Made by a program: the position numbers and the translations under genes. 64,000 bases of DNA from Mobula hypostoma (taxonomy: Eukaryota), in NCBI RefSeq assembly GCF_963921235.1, contig NC_086097.1, positions 22,136,001-22,200,000 on the forward strand, given 5' to 3'. Under the pieces are notes generated by a model. That model was not told the origin of the DNA, searched no databases, and worked only from the letters and a program-made list of their open reading frames with translations. The stretch's first letter is position 1. The number at the start of each line of letters is the position of its first letter. Shown here one piece after another: positions 36,784 through 49,560 of this stretch.

Positions 36784-39700
36784 TCAAGTCAAGTCAAATT
36801 TATTTATAAAGCACATTTAAAAACAACCCATGTTGACCAAAGTGCTGTACAAACCATAACAGGTAGCTAAAATTACAAATACAAGAAACACAGATATAAA
36901 CAACAAGGCACACAACTTATAGGCACAAAATAAACAACACATGAGCCTAGGCACAAGCCAAAAATCGGCCATATCAGGAAGATTCAAATGTTAGTGAATA
37001 AAGGTAAGTTTTGAGCCTGGACTTAAAAGAGTCAATGGAGAGGGCAGATCTGCTAGGGAGGGGAATGCTGTTCCACGGTCTAGGGCTACAACAGCAAAGG
37101 AGCGGTCACCCCTGAACTTAAATTTAGATCGTGGGACAGCCAGGAGACCCAAGTCAGCCGACCTGAGGGACCTGGAAGTAGAATAACGGGTTAGAAGGTC
37201 TGCGATATAGGAGGGGGCCAGCCCATTTGGGGCTTTATAAACAAACAGGAGAACCTTAAAATCAATTCTAAACCATACTGGTAGCCAGTGGGGAGAGGCC
37301 AGGATAGAAGTAATATGGTCCCTCTTCCGGGCACCTGTCAGGAGCCTGGCTGTGGCGTTCTGGACCAGTTGCAGATGGGACAGGGACGACTGACTAATCC
37401 CAGTATACAGGGAGTTGGAGTAGTCCAAACGGGAGGATATAAGGGCGCGGATGACTTTCTCGAGATCTTTGAAAGAGAGAAACGACTTGATTTTGGCAAT
37501 AGTATGAAGCTGGAAAAAACTGTGTAAGGGGGTTTCGATTTTTATGTTACTGCGGAGGCTAATTAAAATGGCGTCTTTGTTATGTTAATCTGGGGAATGC
37601 GGCTTTGTTGTGTTAAACACTGAGAAAGTTTGCGCAACAGTTTGTTTTTGTTTTAGAGTCTGATAAGAGAGTGCTATTAACCAATTGGTTAGTTGTTATG
37701 GTTTCGGTGTATTTGAAGATACTGTATGCGCGGGGTTTTGGGGCAGAAGGCGGGAGAGCGAGACAGAGGATGGACGAGGTGCTGTGAGTCCGCTAATGGG
37801 GTCGGACCCCGAGAGGGATGTTCGGCGAGGAGACGGAGACGGACTCATGTGGAGTGTCTGGTCGACCACCATTGTTGGTCCCAGGCGGCCGGTCGAGGTG
37901 GTCCAAGGGGTCGCAGGGTGAAGAAGAAGGTCCTTGAGCTCCAAGGGTTTTGTGCACGAAGAGATTGAACTTTGATAAGTGTGGCGCCTTTTATTTTCCT
38001 TTTATATTTTATTCTCTTTTAATTATATAGTTCCAGTAATATCTATAAACTGTAAATCATTTAATTGCATCTGGTGTATTGTCTGTTATTTGGGCGGGGT
38101 AGGGTACCTCACACAGCATCCACACAAACGAATTATCCAGTTTGCCGGGGCCGAGGCTGTTTCCCTAGACGACAGCGAGCCGAGCGACCCTGAGGGTGGC
38201 CGGGGGGGCTACAACTGGCTTTTACTACTGCATTAACTTGCTTGTCAAACTTAAAAGCGGAATCAGATATCACACCAAGGTTTTTGACATGGGGTTTGAC
38301 AAGGGTGGACAGGTTACCAAGACTGTTGGTAATCACTTCGATGGAGTCCAGGGGGGCCAAATAGATAGGACAATTTCAGACTTACCTTCATTCAGCTGTA
38401 GGAAGCTTTGTGCCATCCAACACTTTATGTCCTCAAGACAGTTCATGAGGCTGACTCGATTTGACTGGTTGTTTGGTTTCAAGGGGAGATAAAGCTGTGT
38501 GTCATCAGCAGAACAATGGAAGGAAATGTCATGTTTTTGAACGGTTTGACCCGAGGGGAACCATGTACATAGAGAAAAGAATGGGACCTAGGATGGAACC
38601 TTGTGGGACCCTGCAGAAGAAACTAGCTGGAGAAGAGGAAAATTTGCCTACGTTGATGGAGAAGCTTCTATTTTTGAGGTAGGATGTGAACCAGTTCAAG
38701 GCAGTGCCATCAACACCAATCCCGTACTGGAGATGGTCTATTAAAACGGCATGATCCACAGTATCGAAGAAGAATTAGGATGGCAAAGTCACCTGAATCG
38801 GTAGAGAGGAGGAGATCATTGTACACTTTCAGCAGAGCAGACTCTGAGCTATGATAAGCCTTAAACCCTGACTGAAATCTTTCCAAGATGTTGTTTTGGT
38901 GTAGGTAGGGCAGAAATTGACTAAGAATAACCTTTTTGAGAACCTTTGACAGGAATGGAAATTTAGAAATAGGTCTATAGTTACCAGGTAAGGTACGGTC
39001 TAAGTTGGGTTTTTTCAGGAGAGGCTGGACCACAGCGCGCTTGAAGCAGGTTGGAACGGTACCAGTGGCCAGGGAGCTGTTGATAATAGAGAGGAAGCTG
39101 GGACCGGCTATGTCAAAGTCATCCTTCAGGAGGGCAGTGGGGACAATGTCAAGGGGGCAGGTTGCAAGTTTCATGGTGGAAACAATCTTTGTAAGGGAGG
39201 GTAGCGTGATGGGTTGGAAACAGTCCAGTTTAGATGAACAGACCAGTGAGACAGTAGGTCACAGGTGGGGGGGGGGGGGGGAATGTTCATTCTAATATCT
39301 TCAACTTTGCTAATGAAGAATTTTTAAAAATTCTTCGCACATCTAAACTAATACTGGGGGCGAGACAAATGACAGAATTTATGGTACTGAATAAGACCTT
39401 GAGATTATGAGAGTTGTTAGAAATTAGGTCAGAAAAGTATTTTGCTCTCGCAGCCTTAACTGCATCCTGATATTTGTGAAGATTGTATCTCAAAATTTCA
39501 AAGGAAATTTGAAGCTTATCACGCTTCCACTTTTGTTCGGATATTCTGCACTCCCTCCTCAGGGCTCTGGTGGTGTCGTTGAGCCAAGGCAGACCTTTAG
39601 GCTTAGGCTTTTTCGAATTTAAGGGGAGCAACAGTATTCAGAAGAGAAGAGCAGGTGGTATTAAATAAGTTCCTCAGTGCCGAGATGCAGAGGAGAAGCC

Positions 39701-40601
39701 GCAATAGTGCAGGTATTAGGAGCAACCATGGGAGCCTCAGAGAACTTACTGGCAGTCGAAGAGTTAATGTAACGAGAGCAACGTACAGGAAGATGAAATT
39801 TAGTTGGGGAAAAAGACAGAGAAGCAACAAACATAACAGCACTGTGATCCAACAGGCACGCACCAATTATTTCCACATTGCAGATCGAAAAACCAGACGA
39901 TAAGACCAGGTCAAGTGTATGGCCTAACATGTGAGTGGGTCCGGTGATAAGCAAAGCAAGATTAAAAGACTCAAGCAGATGCATAAAATCACTTACAGGA
40001 GGCTTAGCAGGACAGCAAACTTGAAAATTAAAGTCACCAAGAATCAGAACTCGATCAAAGTTGGGCATAGTATTTAAGAGGAAGTCCGCAAATTGAGTGA
40101 TAAAATCTTCATGTATTTTTGGTGGACGATACACAAGAGCAATTAAGAGGGGAGTGACCAGGCCCACTTTAATTAATTGCACCTCGAAGCTGGGGAAATA
40201 ATCAGAGTTCAGTAGACGGCAATTGAAATGGTTCTTAAGCACAGCGGCTAGACCCCCCTCCGCGTCTGGAGGGTCTAGGCATGCTAACAAAGTTACAGTC
40301 ATCTGGACAGAGTTCAACAAGTGCAGCAAGCTCACCAGTGCTTAACCAGGTTTCTGTCACCAGTAAGAAATCCAATCCTTGGGTGGTGAAAAAGTCACTG
40401 AGAATAAAAGTCTTATTGGATAAGGATCTCGTGTTGATCAGAGCCATTTTGACTGGGATAGCAGTATAATCCGACAACAGCTCCCTCGCCAGAGGGCGGA
40501 GGTTACGGAAGACTACTCCACCGTGCTTCACAAATGGCCTGGCAGGGAGTCCACAGGGCAGCGGACTGATGTCCAGGTCTGTGTCTGGGATAATCGGTCG
40601 T
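36784..40601 (-). mobile_element. L2-clade LINE with APE endonuclease and RT (frameshifted), interrupted by a solo LTR
   Basis: EN: LINTRSLSNK...LVTETWL, VYRPP, LGDFN, PTH..GHTLDLV, DH. RT: NYRPISKFPFLSKVL, FQSGF, VPQGSILGPILF. Tail: DYSNSLY...LQLVQN..ARLLT...HITSILASPHWLPV. (TTGAC)n 3' tail at 36784. Confidence 0.9.
37523..38213. mobile_element. Solo LTR (691 bp)
   Basis: TGTAAGGGGG...GGGCTACA. TSD ACTG (37519-37522, 38214-38217). L2 frame NAVVKAS|FFQLH is restored on removal. Paralog at 53960. Confidence 0.9.
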
Positions 40602-41329
40602 AGAACTTCTTCACTCAGAGCATGGTGGGAGTGTGGAATGAGCTGCCAGTAGAAATGGTCGGTGCAGGTTAAATTGTAGCATTTATTAGAAGTTTGGTTA
40701 AGTACACGGATGGGAGGGGTATGGAGGGCTTTGGTCCATGTGTGGGTTGATAGGACAAGTCAGAATAATAGTTTGGCATGGACTAGATGGGCCGAAGGGC
40801 CTGTTTCTGTACTACAGCACTTTATGACTCTGTGACATTGTTTTCTGCCATTAAAGGTCGAAAGCACTTGTCTGATAGCTCAGAGAGATGTTAAAAGTGA
40901 CAAGTAGTTGCTTGGTGTCAGTGTGATGATGTAATTACAGTGTGTAGGACTGCCAGCCATTTGAAATTCACTCTAAGTACGTTTGTGAAACAGACAGTCT
41001 GATGCAGTGGGAAAAGATCATTTAGGAGTCCAAAAAGCTGCTGTGTGAATCTTGACTCCAGGGACACATCTTCTCTATAATCACAGAAGCCACCTAAAGT
41101 CAGAGACCGGGAAACCTTTAAAAATCAATCCTGTCCATCTCTTTGTTTATGTTGTGTTTTTTTAAAAATCTCCTACTTTAAGTCTCCTCTTTGCTCTGCC
41201 TCTGTTGCCTGAAATTGCAGCTTCTGCCAAGCAGCCAGGACCTTCTCATGCATCAGAGTTTACCAGCCATTTACCACAGTGTCTGTTGTTAAATGAGGCT
41301 CCACAGTTGTAACAGGCATCAGAAGTTCA

Positions 41330-41565
41330 TAAACACAAGACATTCTGCAGATGCTGGAAATACAGAGTAACACACACACACACACGCACACACTTCTGCA
41401 AAAACTCAGCTGGTCAGGCAGCATCTGTGAGGGGAAATACATTGGCTTCTTCCCCCTTCCTTTCCAGTCCTGATGAAGGGCCCCAGCCCGAAATATCGAC
41501 TGTCTATTCCTCTCCATGGATGCTGCCTGACCTGCTGGGTTTCTCCAGCATTTTGTGCATGTGAA
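41330..41565 (+). mobile_element. Penelope-derived terminal mini-element (partly fold-back)
   Basis: ACACAAGACATTCTGCAGATGCTGGAAAT... followed by the opposite-orientation ...GATGCTGCCTGACCTGCTG...CCAGCATTTTGTG. Confidence 0.7.
41466..41501 (+). ncRNA. Candidate minimal hammerhead ribozyme with intact core
   Basis: AGTC-CTGATGA-A-GGGC-CCCA-GCCC-GAAA-TATC-GACT: perfect stems I and II, palindromic ATAT stem III, AUC cleavage triplet. Confidence 0.65.
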
Positions 41566-41599
41566 TAGAAAATCATGCAGATCTTTGAGACGGCCAGCT

Positions 41600-43116
41600 G
41601 TGAGTCACTGTGCAATGTGGCTCCTGACTTGATGTCAGTGCACGAGGATGAGGTTGTCTGATGGTTTGTTGCCTCCCTGGTGCCAGGGTCAGGGACATTT
41701 TGAATCGAGTCCATAGCATTCTTAAGTGGGAGGCTGAGCAAACAAAGGTTGTGGTGTTCATTGGTACCAATGATTGTGTGGGAGGGGTGATGAGGTCCAG
41801 CAAAGTGAGTTCCGGAAGTTAGGTGCCTCAGATCCTGTACATGTGTTAGTGCGGCCAGAAATAGGAAGATCATCCAGTTTAACATGTGGCTCAGGAGATG
41901 GTATAGGAGGAAGAATTCAGATTTTTGGATCATTGGACTCTCTTCCAGGGAAGGTGGGACCTGTATAGGAGGGATGGTTTGTACCTGAACTGGAGGGGGA
42001 CTAATATCCTAGTGGCAGGTTTCCTAGAGCTGAACGGGGTGGGGATGGATTGGTTAAAATAGAGCTGCAGGGGGATAGGAACCGAAGTGCCAGAACAGAC
42101 AGTGGAGGGGTTGTGGAGAATAATGTAAACAGGTGAAAATCTGCAGATACTGGAAATCCAGAGCAACACACACGAAATGCTGGAGGAACTCAGCATCTAT
42201 GGAAAAGAGTAAACAGTCGATGCTTCGGGCTGAGGCCTTTCATCAGGACTGGTGAAGGGTCTTGGCGTGAAACGTTGACTGTGTACTTTTTCCGAAAGAT
42301 GTTGTAAATCCTACATACAAAGTCAGGAATTGAAAGGTCAAGTACGGTGGGACTAATGCTTTGAACTGTATATATTTCAATGCAAGGAGTATTGTAGGAA
42401 AGGCAGATGAACGTAGAGAATGGATCAGCACCTGGAATTATAACGTTGTAGCCATTGGTGAGACTTGGTTGCAGGAAGGTCAGGACCGGCAGCTCAATGT
42501 TCCAGAATTCCATTGTTTTAGATGTGATAGAGTGAGAGGGATTAAATAGATAGGGTGGTATTACTAGTCAGGGAAAATGTCATGACAGTAGTCAGTCAAG
42601 ACAGATTAGAGAACTCGTCTAGTGAGATTTTATGGGTAGTACTGAGAAATAAGAAAGGTATGAGTACATTAATGGGATTATATAGACCATCCAACAGTCT
42701 GCGTGATTTGGAGGAGCAAATTTGGAAAGAGATCTCAGACTGTGGCAAGAAATATAAGAATGTTATAGTAGTCAATTTTAACTTTCCACATATTGACTGG
42801 GACTCCCGTACTGTAAAAGGGCTGGATGGTAAAAAGTTTGTTAAATGTGTTCAGCAAAGTTTCCTTAATCAGTACATAGAAGTCCCAAGTAGAAAGAGTG
42901 CAATACTAGATCTCCTGTTAGGGACTGAGTCAGGGCAGGTGACTGAAGTTTGTAGAGAACACTTTGCATCTCGTGATCATTAAGCTATTAGTATCAAGGC
43001 AGTTATGGAAAAGGATAGGTCTGGTGTTCAGGCTGAGATTCTAAGTTGGAGAAAGACCAATTATGATGGTATCAGAAAGGATCTGCCAAGTTGTGGTTTG
43101 GGACAGGTTGTTTTCT
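41600..43116 (+). mobile_element. CR1 LINE 5' portion (ORF1 esterase-like remnant plus APE endonuclease), with a Penelope-derived insert at ~42128-42295
   Basis: VCCLPGARVRDI, VFIGTND; YFNARSIVGKADE...IGETWL; YRPSNS; FNFPHIDW; ILDLLL; SRDH. Confidence 0.85.
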
Positions 43117-44828
43117 GGTAACAGTGAGAAAAGGGCATATCCTGGGTGCTGGAGGTCCTTAATAATGGATGCTGCCTTCCTGAGACACCACTCCCTGAAG
43201 ATGTCCTGGGTACGTCGTAGGCTAGTATCCAAGATGGAGCTGACTAAATTTGCAACCTTTTGCAGCTTCTTTCGGTCCTGTGCAGTAGCTCCCCCATAGC
43301 AGACAGTGTTGCGGCCTGTCAGAATGTTCTCCACAGTACATCTATATAAGTTTTTGAGTGTATTTGTTGACATGCCAAATCTCTTCACACTCCTAATGAA
43401 GTATAGTCACTGTCTTGCCTTTTTCATAACTGCAATGATATGTTAAGACTAAATTAGATCCTCAGAGATCTTGACACCCAGGAACTACTCCCACTCTCCA
43501 CTTCTGACCCCTCTATGAGAACTGGTATGTGTTCCTTCGTCTTACCCTTCCTGAAGTTCACAATCAGCTCTTTTGTCTTACTGACATTGAGTGCCAGGTT
43601 GTTGCTGCGACACCACTCCACTAGTTGGTATATCTCACTCCTGTACGCCCTCTCATCTCCATCTGAGATTCTACCAACAATAGTTGTATCATCAGCAAAT
43701 TTATAGATGGTATTTGAGCTATGCCTGGTCACACAGTCATGGGTATAGAGAGAGTAGAGCAGTGGGTTAAGCACACAACCCTGAGGTGCAACAGTGTTGA
43801 TCATCAGCGAGGAAGAGATATTATCACCAATCTACACAGATTATGGTCTTCTGGTTTGGAATTCAAGGATCCAATTGCACAGGGAGGTACAGAGGCCCAG
43901 GTTCTGTAACTTATCAATCAGAATTGTGGAAATGATGGTGTTAAATGCTGAGCTATAGTCGATGAACAGCATCCAGACATAAGTATTTGTATTGTCCAGG
44001 TGGTCTAAGGCCGTGTGAAGAGCCATTGACATTGCATCTGCCGTTGATCTATTGTGGCGATATGCAAATCGCAATGGGTCCAAGTCCTTGCTCAGGCAGG
44101 AGTTCAGTCTAGTCATGACATAGTCATAGTCATAGCCATAGTCATAGTCATACTTTATTGATCCCGGGGGAAATTGGTTTTCGTTACAGTTGACGAACCT
44201 CACAAAGTATTTCATCACTGTCGATGAGAGTGCTACCGGGCAATAGTCATTAAGGCAACCCACAATATTCTTCTTGGGCACTGGTATAATTGTTGCCTTT
44301 TTGAAGCAAGTGGGAACTTCTTCCCACAGCAGTGAGAGGCTGAAAATGTCCTTGAATACTCCCGCCAGTTGGTTGGCACAGGTTTTCAGAGCCTTACCAG
44401 GTACTCCTTCGGTGCCTTCCGCCTTGTGAGGGTTCACTCTCTTTAAAGACAGCCTGACATTGGCTTCTGAGACAGAGATCACAGGGTCATCAGGTGCAGC
44501 AGGGATCTTCACAGCTGTAGTTGTGTTCTCCCTTTCAAAATGGGCATAGAAGACATTGAGTTCATCTGGTAGTGAAGCATCGTTGCCATTCATGCTATTG
44601 GGTTTTGCTTTGTACGAAATAATGCCTTGCAAACCCTGCCAGAGTTGTGGTATATCCGATGTCGCCTCCAACCCCGTTCGAAATGGTCTCTTCACCCTTG
44701 AAATAGCCCTCCGCAGATCACATCGGGTTTTCTGGTACAGACCTGGGTCGCCAGACTTGAATGCCACAGACCTAGCCTTCAGTAGACGACGTACCTCCTG
44801 GTTCATTCACGGCTTTTGGTTTGGGTAG
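43117..44828 (-). mobile_element. Rex1/Babar-like LINE RT region
   Basis: 321-aa ORF with VPTCFKKATIIPVPKK, DYCPVAL, FAYRHNRST, FIDYSSAFNTII; then APQGCVLNPLLY, YKFADDTT and LYRCTVENIL. Confidence 0.9.
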
Positions 44829-44829
44829 T

Positions 44830-46695
44830 CTTACATACTGAGCTATAGGGTACCGAACAGTGTGGTAGAACAGAGGGATCTTGGAATACAGATCTATAAT
44901 TCCTTGGAAGTGGCATCACAGGTAGATAGGGTGGTAAAGAAATCTTTTGGCACATTGCCCTTCATAAATCAATGTATTGAGTACAGGAATTGGGATGCTA
45001 TGTTGTAATTAAAGAGACCTAGTTTGGAATATTATAACCGGTTTTGTTTGCCTACCTACAGTAAAGATGTAAATAAGATTGAAAGAGTGTAGAGAAAATT
45101 TACATGGATGTTGCTGAGACTTCAGGACATGAGTTATACGAAAATGTTGAGTAGTTTCGGACTTAATCCCTAGGACATAGAAGATTGAGTGGAGATTTGA
45201 TAGAGGTATACAAAATTATGTGGGGTATAGATAGGGTAAATGCAAACAGGCTTTTTCCACTGAGGCTGGGGGAGACTAGAACTAGAGGTCATAGGTTGAG
45301 GGTGAACGATGAAATGTTTAAGAGAAATACAAGGGGAAACTTTTTCACTCAGAGGGAGGTAAGAGTGCGGAATAAGCTCCCAATGTCAGTGGTGGGTGCG
45401 GCATTGATTTCAACTTTTAAGCAGAATTTGGATAGGAACATGAATGGGATGGACGGCAATGGTCTGGGATCAGGTGAATAAGACTAGGCAGATTTGTTGT
45501 GTATTTAAGATTTCAATAATATTTCAGTAAATTTGTGTATAAATAGGTTGATTAAGCATTCTTATTTGTTTAAATAATTTAAATTCTTCTGCATTCAAGA
45601 TGAGGTAGTAAATTGGATTAGATATCGACTTTGTGGGAGAAGCCAAAGAGTGATAGTAGAGGGTTTTCTCTCTGACTGGAGGCCTCTGGTAAGTGGTGCG
45701 CCACAGGGATCGGTGCTGGGTCCTTTGTTGTTTGCCATCTATATCAACGATCTGGATGATAATGTGGTTAACTAGAGCAGCAAATTTGCAAATGACACCA
45801 AGGCTGGGGTTGTGGTGGACAATGAGGATGGCTATCATTACCTGCAGAGGGATCTGGACCAGCTGGAAAATGGTCTGAAAAATGACAGATGGAATTTAAT
45901 GCAGACCTCTGTGAGGTGTTGCACTCTGGTAGGACCTAACCAGTTTAGGTCTTACACGGTGAACGGTACAGTACTGAGGAGTGTGGTAGAACAAAGGGAT
46001 CTGGGAATACAGGTCCTTAATTCATTGAAAGTGGTGTCACAGGTAGATAGGGTCGTAAAGAAAGCCTTTGGCACATTGGCTTTCATAAATCAATGTACTG
46101 AGTACAGAAGTTGGAAAGCTATATTGAAGTTGTATAAGACATTGGTGAGGCCTAATTTGCAGTACTGTGTGCAGTTTTGGTTACCTATCTACAGGAAAGA
46201 TATAAACAAGGTTGAAAGAGTATAGAGAAAATTTAGAAGGACATTGCTGGATCTAGAGTACCTGAGTTATAAGGAAAGGTTGAATAAGTTAGGACTTTAT
46301 TCCTTAGAACTTAGAAAATTGAGAGGGGATTTGATAGATATCTACGAAATAATGAGGAATATAGATAGGGTAAATGTAAGCAGGCTTTTTCCACTGAGGT
46401 TGTGAGGGACTACAACCAGAGGTCATTGGTTAAGGGTGAAAGATGAATAGTTTAAGGGGAACATGAAGGGAAACTTCTTCACTCAGACAGTTGTGGGAGT
46501 GTGGAATGAGCTCCTAGTACAAGTGGTGCATACAAGCTCGATGTTTAAGAAAAGTTCAAATAGGTACACGGATGGTAGGGATTATGGAGGGCTATGGTCC
46601 CGGTGCAGATCGATGGGAGTAGGCAGTTTAAATGGTTTTGGCATGGAATAGATAGGCTGAAGGGCCTGTTTCTGTAATGTACTTCTCTATGACTC
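44830..46695 (+). mobile_element. Two adjacent CR1 3' fragments (~44830-45490 and ~45580-46695)
   Basis: GDLIEVYKIM...RTRGHRL...[25 protein letters not shown]...LVRPNLQYCVQFW. Confidence 0.85.
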
Positions 46696-47165
46696 TAATT
46701 CATTATGGGTTATGTGTAAAACTACGTTATCATGCTACCACTTAATACATGCACGCCGCACTAAAGGAAACCCATGGTTAGATTCACATTTTGGACTCAC
46801 ATGTCTTCCTTTGAATTTATTTAATGTTTTGAAGTTACAAAACATAACAAGATTAACAGTTTGGTATGAACTAAATGGGTTGAAGGGCCTGTTCTGCGCT
46901 GTAGTGCTCCAGGACTTATGACCTACACTGGCTGAGTAACACATTCATTTTAAATTCGTTTTTAAGTCCTTCTATCATTTAATTCCTTCCTCTTTCTGTA
47001 ACCTCCTCCATCCATTCAAGCTTTAGAGATACAGGCTCTCTTCCATTTCTCGCATCTTGAATTAAGGCACTTTGCTCTTAGTGTGACAGTCAAAGGGGTC
47101 ATGGCTAAATTCAGGAACATCTCTCTAACTCTCCAGATCTCCGCCTCTCTTTATTCTCTTAAATC

Positions 47166-47487
47166 GGCAGCAGTTAGCGTAACACCTTTATGGTGCCAGC
47201 GATCAGTGATTGGGGTTCGATTCCTGTCGCTGTCTGGACGTTCTCCCCGTGACCACATGGGTTTCCTCTGGGTGCTCTGGCTTCATTCATTATTCTACAG
47301 GCATATGGTTAAGGTTAGTAAAATGCAGGCATGCTATGTTGGCAGAAGCATTGTGATACTTGCAAGCTGTCCCCAGCACACTCCCAGACTGTGTTGGTCA
47401 TTGACACAAAGGATGCATTTCACCGTATGTTTCAATGTTTTGATGTACCGTACATGTGACAAATAAAGCTCATCTTTTTCTTTATCT
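47166..47487 (+). mobile_element. tRNA-derived V-SINE-like SINE
   Basis: B box GGTTCGATTCC, then TTCTCCCCGTGACCACATGGGTTTCCTCTGGGTGCTC and a 3' part ending ACAAATAAAGCT. Confidence 0.75.
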
Positions 47488-47809
47488 CTAAAATGTTCCT
47501 TAGTACGTGCTTCTTTCAATAGGTTATTGCTTATCTGCCCTAATAATTCATTTGTGGTTTACTTCTGTTTTAGGACAGATTTGCTATCGTACGGGTACAA
47601 TATAAATAGTCATAGAGAGATAAAACACAAAACTGATCCTTCAGCCCACCAAAGCAATAACCTCCCACTTACACTAATCCCACATTCAACCACCCTCTCT
47701 TTACTTCCTCTTAGATTCAACAATTCATCAGTATGTTCAATGCAGTTTATAGTTCCAATATTCCTGAATATCATTAAGTTCTAGGCAGGGAAAAGGCAGG
47801 GATCTGTGA

Positions 47810-48440
47810 ACGGCTGGCTGGGAATGTCCACCCATATCTTTAACCTCTTGCTTTTGCCGTCTGAGGTACCCACTTGCTTCAAGGAGGCTTCAATTATACT
47901 GGTGCCTGAGAAGAACGTGGTAACCTGCTCCAATGACTATTGCCCACTATGATAAAGTGTTTTAAGAGGTTGGTGATGAAACATATCAACTCCTGCCTGA
48001 GAAGCAACTTGGATCTGCTCCAATTTGCCAACAATCTCAACAGGTCCACAGCAGTTGCCATTTCATTGGCTCTTCACTCAACCCTGGAGCATCTGGACAG
48101 CAAAGGTTCATACATCAGAATGTGCTTTATTGACTATAGGTCAGCATTCAACTACATCATTCTCACAAAACTAATCAATAAGCTTCAAGACCTTGGCCTC
48201 AACACCTCCTTGTGCAATTGGATCCTTGATTTCCTCACTTGCAGACTCCAGTCAGTTCAGATTGACAACAACATCTCTATCAACAGGCTGTGTGCTTAGC
48301 CCCCTGCTCTACTCACTTATGACTGTGTGGCTAATCACAGCTCCAATGCCATATTTAAATTTTCTGATGACACCACTGTCATAGGCCGAATCAAAGGTGG
48401 TGATGAATCAGTGTATTTGAGGGAGATTGAAAATCGGGGT
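47810..48440 (+). mobile_element. Rex1/Babar-like LINE RT fragment
   Basis: KCFKRLVM...LQFA...FIDYRSAFN...CNWILDFLT...FKFSDDTT. Confidence 0.85.
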
Positions 48441-48659
48441 GATATGGTGAGAGGGAAATGGGAATGGGGAATAGTGAAGGAGAGGGGTGGGGCATTACCA
48501 GATTTTCTATGGTTTCTGCATCCCCCCCCCCCCCCAGCCTCTTAGGATCATTATCCTCCTCTCATCTCTCATTCAGTTGACTGCCTGTAGGACTGCCTTG
48601 GAACCTCAGTAAGTGTGCAACACTTACGTTACATTATATAAATAATATTAACATTTACT

Positions 48660-49560
48660 TTATACTGACAATCGTCTCTGCTGTTTCATGAAATTGTTAT
48701 CCTCTAATTTTTGAATTATTTCAGCCTTCTACCTTCTCAGTTGATATACAATAAGCAACATAATTATCAGGGTACATAAAATTAGCATTACAGCAGCATG
48801 CGATACTGTTCTCACCCACGGACGTGTTTGAACATTTGTTCCCCAATTCCAAAACTAACTCCAAAAGCCTGAGTCACCCACTATTTCATTTGCCTTAGCA
48901 GCATGTGTTTTAATTACTTTAATGTGTTTAGTCCATTTCTGGATTGTCACCCTTTCTTCCTCTACAACACATGTCCAGTCTGTAGTCAAGTGCGGAATTG
49001 GTGGCAACTCAGTAACAGCATTGTCCCACAGATATTGATCTGTATCAGAGCATTGGATCTTGAAGTTCTCCTTCATTACTGTGTTTCCTGTTGGTTGAGA
49101 CAAAGTTCGTCCTCCAATGGCCAGATGTAAAGTCACATTCCCTATGGCGACATGGTGACTTTCCAAAAGGACATTGTTTCCATCCCTTGTATAACTCGTG
49201 GACACTGTTGCTCTGTGAGGGGTGATGGATAAGTTCGTGGTCTCAGGTAGAAGGTGATGAGTTATACAGCTCTCGCTACATGTACGTGCAGTGCAACTCT
49301 TTGAGTGATTATGCAGAACTTAGGCCACAAACTTATCAATCACCCCTGCTGTTCTCCTGTATACAGTTAATGATCAAAGCATCCTTTGAAAAATACTTGG
49401 CTGTAACCCCCCCCCCAATAGATATCTCGAGTGAACCTGTCCCACTCACATTCACATGAACGTGATCCCACAGAACTATAATCTTTACCAAAGGGCTGCG
49501 CACCAAATGGACCTAAAAACTGACTATTATTCTCTCTGGGATACTTGATGTGAGTCTTCA
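48660..49560 (-). pseudogene. env-like type I membrane glycoprotein C-terminal remnant
   Basis: ORF 48855-49205 read through a TAG gives ...KTHAAKANEIVGDSGFWS*FWNWGTNVQTRPWVRTVSHAAVMLILCTLIIMLLIVYQLRR*KAEIIQK...LSV*: helical segment, Trp-rich region, TM helix, basic stop-transfer residues, short tail. NVT sequon present. Confidence 0.6.
49219..49346. mobile_element. Small mariner-like MITE inside the env remnant
   Basis: 28-bp inverted termini GGGGTGATGGATAAGTTCGTGGTCTCAG / CTTAGGCCACAAACTTATCAATCACCCC (4 mismatches). No clean TA TSD. Confidence 0.6.

Larger units (their letters stand above)
36555..40830 (+). mobile_element. CR1 3' fragment (36555-36783 and 40602-40830) split by an L2 insertion
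   Basis: ...GGGAGAACATGAG | AGAACTTCTTCACTCAG... rejoins the CR1 'NMRGNFFTQ' region. Confidence 0.8.
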
